This document shows positions 24,797-36,602 of a DNA stretch of 64,000 bases, one piece after another. Origin of the DNA: Felis catus. Taxonomy: Eukaryota. Each line of letters starts with the position of its first letter. Within the stretch, counting starts at the first letter, position 1. The translations under genes and the position numbers were made by a program. The notes beneath the pieces were generated by a model, which did not search any database, was not told where the DNA came from, and saw only the letters and a program-made list of their open reading frames with translations. Where the stretch lies: contig NC_058368.1 of NCBI RefSeq assembly GCF_018350175.1, positions 4,650,001 to 4,714,000 of the forward strand. Reading direction: 5' to 3'.

Positions 24797-27700
24797 ACAT
24801 TTTCTTTATCCATTCATCCATCAATGGACATCTGGGCTCTTTCCATACTCTGGCTATTGTTGATAGTGCTGCTATAAACATGGGGGTGCAAGTGTCCCTT
24901 CGAAACAGCACACCTGTATCCCTTGAATAAATGCCTAGTAGTGCAATCGCTGGGTCGTAGGGTAGTTCAATTTTTGAGGAACCTCCATACTGTTTTCCAC
25001 AGTGGCTGCACCAGCTTGCATTCCCATCCCCATTTCTAATTGCATTGTTTGGGTTTTTTCTGGTGTTGAAATGTATGAGTTCTTTATATATTTTGGATAC
25101 TAATACTTTATTAGATATGTCATCTTCTGTCGTTCAGTAGGTTATCTTTTACTTTTGTTGATAGTTTCCTTTGTTGTGCAGAAGCTTTTTATTTTGATGT
25201 AGTCCCAATAATTTATTTTTGACTTTGTTTCCCTTCCCTCAGGAGACATATTTAAAAAGATGTCATTATGGCTGATATCAGAGAAATTACTGCCTGTGTT
25301 CTCTTCTAGGATTTTTATGGTTTCAGTTCTCCCATTTAGATCCTTAATCCATTTTGAGTTTATTCTTGTGTGTTTCTTACAAAAAGTCATCCGGTTTCAT
25401 TCTTTTGCATGTAGCGGTCCAGTTTTCCCAACACCATTTATTGTTGAAGAGACTGTCTTTTCCCATTCCATATTCTTGCCTCCCTTGTGGAAGATTAATT
25501 GACCACATAATAGTGAGTTTATTTCTGGGCATTTTATGCTGCTCCATTGATTTATGTGTTTATTTTTGTGCCAGTACCATTCTATTTTGATTACTACATT
25601 TTGTAATATAACTTGAAATCCCTCCGACTTTTCTTTTTCAAAATTGTTTTGGCTATTCAGGGTCTTTTGTGGTTCCATACAAATTTTAGGATTGTTTGTT
25701 CTAGTTCTGTGACAAATGCTATTTGTATTTTGATAGGGATTGCATTAAATGTATACATTGCTTCGGGTAGTATGGACATTTTTTTACAATATCCATTCTC
25801 CCCATCCATGAGCATGGAATATCTTTCCATTTGTTCATGTCATCTTGAATTTCTTTCACCCGCATTTTATAGTTTTCAGAATACAGGTCTTTCATCTCCT
25901 TGGTTAAGTTTATTCCTGGGTATTTTATTCTTTTTTGGTGCAATTGTAAATGGGATTGTTTTAATTTCTCTTTCTGCTGCTTAAAATTATTAGTGTATAG
26001 AAATGAAGTGGATTTCTGTACAGTGATTGTTGTATCCTGCAACCTTACTAAATTCATTTATCAGTTCTAGTATTTTCTTGGTGGAGTCTAGAGTTTTCTA
26101 TATATAGTATCATGTTACCACCTGCAAACAGTGAAGGTTTTACTTCTTCCTTGCCAGCTTGAATGCCTTTTGTTCATTTTCCTTTTCTGATTGCTGTGGC
26201 TGGGACTTCTAGTATGATATTAAATAAAAGTAGTGACAGTGGGCATCCTTGTCTTCTTCCTTACCTTAAGGGAAAAGCTCTCGGTTTTTCACCACTGAGT
26301 ATGATGTTAGCTGTAGATTTTTCATATATGGCCTTTATTATGTTGAGAAATGTTCCCTCTAAACCTACTTTGTTGAAGGTTTTTTTACCATGCATGGATG
26401 TTGTACTTTGTCAAATACTTTTTTCTAAATCTATTGAAAAGGTCATCTATTTTTTATCCTTTCTCTTACTGATGTGATGTATCATGTTGAGTTATTTGCA
26501 AATACTGAACCATCCTTGCATAAATCCCACTTGATCATGGTGAATGATTTTTTTAATGTATTGTTAGATTTGGTTTGGTAATATTAGGTTGACGATTTAT
26601 GCATCTATGTTCATCAGAGATACTGGCCTGTAGTTTTCTTTTTTTGTAGTGTCTTTATCTGGTTTCGGTATCAGGATAATGCAGGCCTCATAGAATAAAT
26701 TTGGAAACTTACCATCCTCTTCTTTTTCTTGGAATAGTTTGAGAAGAATAGGTATTAACTCCTCTTTAAATGGGAGAATTCAACCATCTGCTCCTAGAGT
26801 TTTGTTTGTCAGGAATTTTTTTTTATTATTACTGAGTCAATTTCTTTGCTGGTAATTGGTTTGTTTCTCCATCCCCTCACTTTCAACCCGCATGTGTCTT
26901 TAAGTCTGAAATGAGTCTCTGGTATGCAGCATGTAGATGGGTCTTGGGTTTTTTTATCCATTTCCATCACCCTATGTGTTTTCATTGGAGAGTTTAGTCC
27001 ATTTCCATTCAATGTAATTATCGATAGGTATGTATTGGTTGCTATAGTTACTTGTTTTATGGTGGTTTTTGTAGTTCTTCTCTATTCTTTTCTTTCTTTG
27101 AGCTCTTCTCACAATAGGTTGGCTTTCCTTAATGATATATTTTGACCCTTTCTCTTTATTTTTTGCAGATCTATTACTGGTTTTTGATTTGTTGTTATCA
27201 TTAGGTTTATGTGTAATACTTTCTGCTTATAGTAGTCTATATTAAGTTGATAGTGGCTTATGTTTGAACCCGTTCTTTATTCCTCTCCCCACCATGATTT
27301 AGGTATATGGTATCATACTGCATGTCCTTTTATCTTGTGAGTCTCTTGATTGATTTCTACAGATACGTATATTTTTACAGGTTTTGTGCTTCTTACTTTT
27401 CTTACTCTTACTTAGGTCTTTCCTTTCCACTCAAAGAGTCCCCTTTAACATTTCTTGTAGGGCTGGTTTCATCAATTCTTTTTGTTTGTTTGTTTGTCTG
27501 AGAAGCTCTTTATTTCTCTTTCAATTCTGAATAGTACCCTTGCTGGATAGAGTATTCTTGGCTGCAGATTTTTTCCTTTCATCATTTTGAATATATCATG
27601 CTACTCCCTCTGTCCTGCAAAGTTTCGCTGAAAAAATCAGCTAACAGCCTTATGGGGTTTCCCTTGTATGTAACTGTTTTCTTTCTCTTGCTGCTTTTAA

Positions 27701-29555
27701 AATTATCACTACTTTTCGCCATTTTAATTACTATGTGTCTTGGTATGGACCTCCGTGGGTTAATTTTGTTGGGGGATCTCTGTGCCTCCTAGATAGACCT
27801 AAATTTCTGTTTCCTTCCCCAGATTCAGGAAATTTTCAGCCATTATTTCTTCAAATGAAGTTTTGCCCCCTGTTCTCTCTCTTCTCCTTTTGGGATCCCT
27901 ATAATGGGAATGTAATTATGCTTGATGGTGTTGCTGAGTTCCCTAAGTCTATTCTCATTTTGCATAATGTTTTTCTCTCTCAGCTGCTCAGCTTGATTAC
28001 TTTCCACTACTCTGTCCACCAGATTGCTGATTTGTTCTTCTGCTTCCTCTAGTCTGCTATTTATTCCATCAGGTGTATTTTCAATTTCATTTAATGTGTT
28101 TTTTTGTCTACTTATTAAGGGTCTCCCTGATGTTCTCCACTCTTTTCTCAAGTCCAGTGAGTATCTTTCTGATCATTACTTTAAATTCTCCATCAGGCAT
28201 ATTACTTATCTCTGTTTTGCTTAGGTCTCTTGCTATGATTTTGTCCCATTCTTTTATTTGGGACATATCCCTCTGTCTCCTCATTTTGTCTAACTCTCTG
28301 TGTCTGTCTCTGTGCGTTAGGAAAGTCAGCTACATCTTCTGCTCTGGAAAGTAATGGCCTTATGAAGAAGAGGTCCTGTAGTGCCCTGCATGCAGTATCC
28401 CCCGTTTACCAGAACCTGGCACTTCAGCGATGTCTCCTATGCATGTTGCTTCTGTGCACTCTGGTACTGTGGCTGCTTTTTCCTTTAGTCCAGCATCTGA
28501 AGTGGCTTTCTTTCCCTATTCTGGACAGTGTTTGGTCCCTGTGGTGTAGTGGACCAGTCTGGGGTCATTTTGAGCTTGAGTTAAGTCAAACCAGGCATTT
28601 GTCAGAGATGCAGTAGCACCAAACTGTAGGGCGCTTTCCCTCTGTTGGTGGGTGGGTCTGGTAATCAGACCTGCCCCTAGCCCACTGCTGGGCCTCCCTC
28701 TGACTCTGGTGTCTGGTAATCTCCTCTCCCTGAGGCAGGAGTCACTTTGGAGTGGTCCTGGCCCGTATCAGGGCTGCTTGCAAACTGCCAGGCTTGTGGC
28801 CCTGGTTTCGATGGGCTCCAGCCAAGAGCATATTGGAGGCAGCAGATTCACAACATGTGCAGGGGCAGGACAAGCAGTTTTAGCAGGACAGGGACTGAGG
28901 CCAGGCTGGCTGGAGGGAGCAAATCCATGAAGTACAGTGTTGGTTTCAGCAGGTGACTATAGTGTGTTTTGCTGGACGGTTGGGGAGGGAAATGGTGCCT
29001 GCCAGCTTTTTTTGCTCCTGGAGAAGTCCCCGAGCTACTCTGAGATTAGTAAATAACTCTTCCTCCTGTGAGCTGTAGGTGTTTTTCTAACTGCTGCTTC
29101 TATGCTGTATCTCTGGGGGCTGTTTCTTGTGCAGTCTCTGTAATGGTGGGAACTCAGTTTCCTCTTGCCCTCCCAGGTCTCCCAGAGCCTGGCCCTGTGA
29201 GTTTTAAAATTCCGGGTTTTAAGTTCCATTCGTTCTAAGAACTCACAAAATTTGGCCCGTCTGGTTTTCAAAGCCAAATGCTAAGGGGATTCGTCTTCCC
29301 TCTGCAGGCTGCCCAGTGTGAGCGTCTATTTCTTTTCCCTCTCTGTGCTCACTGCTCCGTCCCTCCTATGGATGGTCCCACAAGTCTGTTTTGTGCCCAC
29401 TGTGTCTCTGCCCTTCCTACCCTCTTTGATGTGACCTTTTAGTTATGGAGCCTTTAGTTATGGAGCCTGTTCCGCCAGGCTTCAGGTCCTTTCTGGGTTA
29501 TTTACATCTGTGTGTGTGTCTAGTTTATATGTGAGTTCACCGTCTTCCTTTTCCA
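23205..29555 (-). mobile_element. Degenerate near-full-length LINE-1 (carnivore L1) with an internal ORF2 deletion and a nested younger L1
   Basis: Broken ORF2 peptides ([62 protein letters not shown]), ORF1 peptide (INSRLEEAEEQISNLVDR; start MRRQRDMSQIKE at ~28283), 5' UTR ~28360-29555, poly-T tail ~23205-23220. Confidence 0.95.
24084..25026 (-). mobile_element. 5'-truncated younger L1 (~24340-25026) plus transduced flank (~24185-24335) and (GAAA)n tail
   Basis: Bounded by the direct repeat tccccatttct (24073-24083 / 25027-25037); ORF2 C-terminal peptide CTPMFIAALSTIARVWKEPRCP..DEWIKKMWYIY. Confidence 0.85.
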
Positions 29556-30219
29556 CCAGCCTCCCACAACTCAAAATGTTTTTTATGAAACCCCGGCAGA
29601 GACAGAACTTTCAGGTATACAAATGAATATTTACATTCTCTCCAAATATATTGGTTGTGAATGATTAAGTGTTCTTGTTATTCCTGCCATTATTATTGTC
29701 TGCTGCCTGATCACTTCACGCCAGGCACTGTGTTGTGTATGTCATCATTAAAACCACACTAGGTAAACTTTACTATTATCTTCATTTTATGAATGGGGAA
29801 ACTAAGGCACAGAGAGGACCCCCCCCACCCCCACCCCCCAGGTCCTCAGCTGCATGCGTTTGGCAGAGCGAGGGTTCAAGTCAAGGTGTTTCACTTTCAG
29901 AGCCCCAGCATACCCAGTATGGACACCCTGCAGCTCCCCTCTGCTGAAGGACCCCTCACCACATCCACAGCATAGACACTGCCTACCGCAGCAGGAGGCA
30001 CCCAGAATCTGGGGGCCATGACCTGGCTTCCGTTTCCAGAATTTTGGGACTTGAGGTGAGTCTCTTAACCTGTGTGAACTGCAATGTCAACGTCTGTGAA
30101 ACAGTGAGAATTCTCTCTCTTCCCAGGATTACTGACAGAATAGATTAAAATATGTGAAAGCCCAGACAAGAGCTTGTCAGTTCTTTAGTGTGTACATGGG
30201 AGTGGGGAGGGGGTGAGGT

Positions 30220-30619
30220 CAAGATGGTTAATTTCATGTGTCAATTTGGCTGGGCACATGGTGTCCAGCTGTTTGGTTAGACACCAGTCTCCATATGGCC
30301 TTGATGGTCTTTTTAAGATTAAATCAGGAGACTTTGAATAAAGCGGATTATTCTCCATAATGTGGGTGGGCCTCATCCAATCAAAAGTATTAAGAGCAAA
30401 GATTGAAGTTTCTGGAGGAAGAAGGAATTGGGTCTCAAGACTGCAACATAGAAGCCTTGCCTTAGTTCCCAGCCTGCCAGCCTGCCCCACACACTTTGGA
30501 CCAGCCAGTCCCCATTACCACATGAGTGGTTCCTTCTCTCTGTCTCTGTCTGCCTGTCTCTATTTCTATTTCTGTATCTATATCTTATTCTGTTTCTCTG
30601 GAGAATCCCAATGAATACA
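30220..30619 (+). mobile_element. ERVL solo LTR (MLT2-like)
   Basis: gatggttaatttcatgtgtcaatttggctggg start; ataatgtgggtgggcctcatccaatc; ttctgtttctctggagaatcc..aataca end. Confidence 0.85.
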
Positions 30620-31264
30620 GGGGTGGAAGGCAAGTCTGGAAAGTCTTCAAAAAGGAAATCCTGCCCAAACCGAGTCCCACAGAAGAGTAAAAATGTACCA
30701 GTCAGAGACACCGGATAGGATGTGAATGCTCCGGATGCTAAATGAAGACAGCTAAAATGTAACCAAGGCAATAATCTGCTCTCTAGCTGACGGGCAGGAA
30801 GTGAGTTCTGTAGCATACCAACCAAGGGATGTGCGGGAGCCAGGGGGTGTGCCTGGGGCTGGAGAGGGGAGGGACTGTGGGCTGTTCAGGGAGGCTGAAG
30901 CTGTGTGGTAAGAGAGGAGGAGATGGAAAGCCTTGTAGAGCTGAGGCAGCTCAGCAAAGGAAGGGCCTGGAACTTCTCAAAGCCTATGCTTCTATTCACT
31001 GGCCATTTTCTGACATGACCTTCTGACCATTCGTCTAACCTGAAATCTCAGCCTTACCTGGGGCCATACTCCTCTTCGGGAGTGCTCCCCATGCCTGTGA
31101 CCTACTTCTGGCGGTCCCTCTGCCTGGAAAGCCAGCTCTGCAGTTCTCCACACGGCAATTTAAAGCTAGTCTTTCTTCATGGCTCAGTTCACACGCTACA
31201 TCCCACCCTTCCACATACTTAATTCCTACAGGACTAAGTATCCCCTCATCTCTCTCCCACGGTT

Positions 31265-31487
31265 ATTTTATTTTTTGGTTTTTAAAGTTTTTATTTATTT
31301 AGTTTGAGAGAGAGAGGGAGAGAGCACACGTGCAAGTGCATGTGCATGAGTGGGGGAGAGAGAGGAGAGGGAGAATCCCAAGCAGGCTCCACGACCAGCA
31401 AGGAGCGACCTGGGACTTGATCCCATGATCGTAAGATGGCAAAACCAAGTGTCGGAGGCTTAACCAACTGAGCCACCCAGGCGCCCC
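31265..31487 (-). mobile_element. Can-SINE inserted in an L2 relic
   Basis: Reverse SINE consensus; flank gtgcctagt..tagg tattcagtaagcattcattgaat is an L2 3' end. Confidence 0.9.
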
Positions 31488-33544
31488 TCCATAGTTCTTT
31501 TAGGATTATGTGTTTATCTTCATCTTCAGCCTGCAAGCTTCTTCAGTTCCTGGTGCCTAGTATCATGGTCTGTATTCAGTAGGTATTCAGTAAGCATTCA
31601 TTGAATTAAAGATTGCCTTGGATTGGGGAGATCTTGAAGCAACAATATCCATCTTCACATGGCTGATAAATGGCTGAATTGAGATTCAAATCCAAGTTTT
31701 TAGCTTTATTTCAGGAGGCTTCCTTATACCACAGCTGACAGACATACCAGCAGTGTGGGGCACCCACGGGACTATCCCCGATCCCTGTGTAGTGACAGCG
31801 GTAGAACATTCACAACCATCTGAGACAAACAGGGACCATCTATTTCAAGTGCAACAGTAGCCACATTTAGACCCCAAACTTTCACTGACTGAGAAAGAAG
31901 GTCCAGGAGCAGAAGACAGGCAAAATGTCAGAATGTTTCTCAAACTCCTCCCACAACCCAGAGCGAGAAAAGTACTTTACATTATAATCCAGTAAACACC
32001 TTCAGGAACACAGACACCCGGAGAAGACATTTACAAACAATGCTGACCCTTAGCTCGAGCAACCACTCTGATATTCTTTATTGTGTCTGCTGTTGTCTTC
32101 TTGGGTTCTGGTAGACTCGCTAAGGGGTGACTCCTCTAGTCAGATACACTCTAGCAATCCGATCCGATCCGATCCGATCTGTAATGTGAAAACCACAACA
32201 GGGCAAGGATGTGACAGCCCGTCCCTCTGGTGCTTTTCTTCCTTCTCCCTTTTCAGCCCACTCTCTTCCTCCTCGGTGCAGAGACGGTCGGTTTCGGCTA
32301 GCGGTCCTCTTCGTCTGCCTTCCTAACAATTAGGTATTGTTCCCCTTTCTCTGGCAAGTTCTACTTGTAACTTTAAGTTACAGGACATAGTATTTATATG
32401 ATAACACTGACATTATATGTTCTATGTCATATAATTAAAAAACCAAAAAGGAGGCTCTTTTTCTCTTCTGTTTTAATATTTCCATAAAGCCCAAGAACTC
32501 AATTTTGGTGATTTTTCAGGCCTAACTGTGCAGAGGACTGGACTGATAGTCTTGGGCCCTCGGGATTGTGAGCTTTAACCGAAATCCTGGACTCCTTTGT
32601 GGGTCTCTGAGCCCCTTACTTCCTGAGTCACAAATGATTTTACCAAGTGGTCAAATACGGCATTCAAGCGTTCATCCTCCTTCGTCTTTGTAGACGGAGT
32701 TTACATTCCCGCAAGACTAGTCAGCACCACTGAATCACACAGTCCTCTGCGGTGCACCGAGAGCCTTTCTTTATGTTAGAGACACTCCTGGAAACCATGA
32801 ATACTAAACCAGCAGCTCTACCCAAACTGACAGCAACTGCTGTGACCCTCCTTCCTGCCATCCACCCCTCCCTGGCCTCCACGAACTTTCCAGATCTCTC
32901 CGTATGCACACTCACGTTAGAACAGAGCATCACGTTCTGGTTTTTTACTTATCTAATTTGTTCGGTCGGTCAAGCCCTCGTACGAAGTAGACAGGTGTGG
33001 GCACAGGAGAAGGGCTGAGCCAACCGCCTACAGAGCTCAACTCTGCAACCGCGTTCCCTCTCTGGTTTGCAGCCTCTGCTGGGTCCTGTGACAGATGATG
33101 GCGTTTTGAACCCCTGTGAGGTAAGGACCAGCTGCTTGGATTCGGTGGCTCATGTCAGCGACTCCTCCAGGAGCCCTGGCGGCCGGCGTTACGGAGGAGA
33201 AAGACGGGCTTGGTTACATTTCTAAGGTTGCCAGGTAGTTAATAAGCGGCATAGCACACAGCTGCACCCCAGCTTACTTCCTTTCGCCTCTATAAGCCTT
33301 TCGGCTCTGGCGTGACACAGACGTGCATTTCTGAACGAACGCCTCCCTTGCTCTCTTCAACTGTGCACAAAAGATGGCAGGGTTCGAAGGAGAAGCAGGG
33401 CTGAGGCAGACCACTCAGACCCTTGCAACTTTCTCACCAGAGCCCTAAGGAAATAGTAACGACCCTAGTAAAAGGACTGATACAGTGAAAACGGCAAGGT
33501 AGGTTCCTAGTAAAGAAAACAGAGGACTTCATCTTTACACACGG

Positions 33545-34285
33545 GGGAGAATGAAAACATATCTTACCCCCAGGTTCATAGCAGCGTCATTCACAGTAGC
33601 CAAGAGGTGGAGGCAACCCAAGTGTCCCCTGTGATATATTCATACAATGGAGTATCCTTCAGCCTTAAAATGTAAGAACATGCTGACACGGGCTACGACA
33701 CGGAGGGGCGTTGAGGACATCTTGCTAAGTGAAATAGATGGTCACAGAAGGCCAAATACTGTACTATTCCCACTTACATGAGCTACAGTAGTCAAAATCA
33801 TTTTTTTTATTATTAAAAAAAATTTTTTATGTTTATTTATTTTTGAGAGAGAGAGAGACAGAGTGCGAGCGGGGGGGGGGGGGGGGCGGAGAGAGAGGGA
33901 GACACAGAATCCGAAGCAGACTCCAGGCTCTGAGCTGCCAGCAAAGAGCCCGATGTGGGGCTTGAACCCACAAACCACAAGATCGTGACCTGAACCGAAG
34001 TCAGACGCTCAACCGATTGAGCCCCCCAGGCACCCCCTACAGTAGTCAAAACCATAGAGACACAAAGGAGAATGGTATTTTCCAGGGACTGGACACAGGA
34101 GCAAAGGGGAATTATTGTCTAATGAATATGGGGTTTTGGTTTTGCAGGATGAAAGGGTTCTGGTGAGGTGGGTGGGGGTGAGGGCTGGACAACAATGTGA
34201 ATGTACTTGAAGCCACTGAACTGGTCGCTTGAAAATGATCAAGATGGTAAACTTTATCTTCCCGGTATTTTAGTCCGATTTAAAG
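33545..34285 (+). mobile_element. L1MB-like 3' fragment split by a minus-strand Can-SINE (~33800-34036)
   Basis: gttcatagcagc..ttcacagtagccaagaggtggaggcaacccaagtgtcc; SINE TSD ctacagtagtcaaaa (33783-33797 / 34037-34051). Confidence 0.9.
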
Positions 34286-34988
34286 AAATGGGTAGCTCCA
34301 CGGAAGGGGCAGAAGGGTCGACACCGATGAGTTACGGGGACAAGGGCAAAAGGCACACAGATTGAAAGAACCGAGCACAGAAGTCGACGGAGGCTGTGGA
34401 GCAGGCATGTGCCCCTCGCGGGGCTGCTGCTCTCGGAGGCACCAGACCCTAGCCTTCTGGAATCTCCATGAACTGGGACAACTTCTGCGTCATATTAACA
34501 TTCTTTCCCTGTTTGCCGGTCGCACTGAGCTACACCACTTTACAGAAACACAGCATCTTCCAGAGCAGACCATACTACGCCGTCATGACCAAGTTGCGCA
34601 ATCAAGCCATGGTTCCACCTCCGTCGGGCCGCCTCGGGCTCAGTCTAAATTACTAGAAATGCCACACATCAAGGCATCGACCCCCATGCCCATTAAGCAG
34701 ACTAGTCTTCCTGAAGCACACTTTTTACTCTACATGGGAAAACATTACACTCTTCGTGGTAAAAACATCACCTTACACATCAGGAACGACCAACACCCAA
34801 AATGTGTGGTATTACAGCCTCTAGAAAATAACACACTCACCCAGAGGCCTCTAGGGAAAAGAGTCTATTAAGAGCGATCAAGAACCACCAAAGTTTCCCT
34901 CCCTTTATTTCCATGTGGAACACATAGTTTTTCTAGGAAGAAAGCATTTTATGTCTGAACAAGGTCTCTTAAAGGAGGAACTAGCACA

Positions 34989-35210
34989 GGGGCACCTGGG
35001 TGGCTCAGTCGGTTGAGCATCCGACTTCAGCTCAGGTCATGATCTCCTGGTTCGTGAGTTCGAGCCCTGCGACGGGCTCTGTGCTGACGGCTCGGAGCCT
35101 GGAGCCTGCTTCGGATTCTGTGTCTCCCTCTCTCTCTGCCCCTCCCCTGCTCGTGCTGGGTCTCTGTCTCTCAAAAATAAATAAATGTAAAAAGAAATAA
35201 TAATAAAAAA
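34989..35210 (+). mobile_element. Can-SINE (felid type)
   Basis: Full consensus; TSD ggaggaactagcaca / ggaggaaatagcaca. Confidence 0.95.
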
Positions 35211-36390
35211 GGGAGGAAATAGCACAGTCAAAATTAGGGGGAATGTTAAACAAATACCAGCCCATTGGTGGGATGGCTACGCTACGGTGTTGTAGAGGGC
35301 ACGGGGACCGTTAGCACATTGCCAACCACAGTGGAAAAGGCTCTAGATACAAGGGGATATGCTAACTGAATGTATAACATAACCATGGCATTTTAAAAAT
35401 GCCCAGGGGCATTTAAAGAAAATTATCAGCAACTGAAAGAAAATTCTTGGCAATTTAAAAAATTTCTGTACTTTCTATAATGACATCTAAGAGAACATTT
35501 TTTATAGCCTACATTCCTCTATGTCCACTCACACCAGTTTACGTGTTATTTCTTCTCTTATTAAGGCTATAGAGCTAAAACTACGGACTACTTGGTTACG
35601 TATCTCCTTAGCAATTTTAGTTATCAGTGCTCATCTTTAAAAGCGACACTAACGAGCACAGGGATGCGTGGTTGGCATGAAGACGAGGGGCGTTGGTGGA
35701 ATCGGATGATTCACCGTGTCGGGTTTAAAGGACCTGATGCTTCTGCCCACAATAGGAACGGCCTTGCTGCTGGGGCTGGAATGCTCATACTTAATTGGCT
35801 GGAATCCCTAGCCGTCATTTCTGAATTAGGACAGGCTTTGTCAGTGGGATCCGGGTAACTGAAGTCTGCTGCCTGAGGTTCCCCTATCCTGAACCTCGTG
35901 TGGCTAGTTACTGCCTAAAATACCATTAACCCACATGCTGCTCTCCTGCCCAATCTGCCAAGACTCCCAGATCCACTCTTCCCCCTTCGCCTCCAAGGCT
36001 CTCCAGAAAGCGACCCCTCGCCACCCGTCCAGTCTCCTTCCTCCCATCCGCAATATCCTCTTCCTCAGCTCCGCCAGGACCACGTAGTGTTCTCTCTCTT
36101 CCGTGAGGCCTTGGCCAATGCCGTCCCACGAGGATTTTCCCTTCTTAGTCCCGCTCACACCTTCCTGGCCAGCGCCACCAAGTTGACATCTAGTGGCTCT
36201 CTAGTTTTTGTTCACGCACGTTTTTCTCCACCTGTGAGTGGAGCATCTTCCAGAAATATGGGTTGAGTCATCTTAGATACATTAAGTATCTACTCTCACT
36301 GCGTTATGCATTTTCCTTTTTGTATTCTTGACTACGTCACATAACAGGCAAAGCCACATTCTATTGGTCTTTAAAAGCACACAGTACTCT

Positions 36391-36602
36391 GGGGTTCCCG
36401 GGGTGACTCAGTCAGTTAGGCGTCCGACTTCAGCTCAGCTCATGATCTCAGTTTGTGAGTTTGAGTCCCACGTCAGGCTCTGTGCTGACAGCTCAGAGCC
36501 TGGAGCCTGCTTCAGATTCTGTGTCTCCTTCTCTCTCTGCCCCTCCCCTACTTGTGGTCTGTCTCTGTCTCTCAAAAGTAAATGTTAAAAAAAAGAAAAA
36601 AT
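36391..36602 (+). mobile_element. Can-SINE (felid type)
   Basis: Full consensus; TSD aaagcacacagtact. Confidence 0.95.

Noticed and set aside
29438..29467. 15-bp tandem duplication tttagttatggagcc
   Set aside because: Ordinary slippage duplication within a dead L1 5' UTR.
33171..33200. ctcctcc/ggaggag hairpin followed by ACA on the minus strand (H/ACA-like)
   Set aside because: No ANANNA H box or 5' hairpin at the right position.
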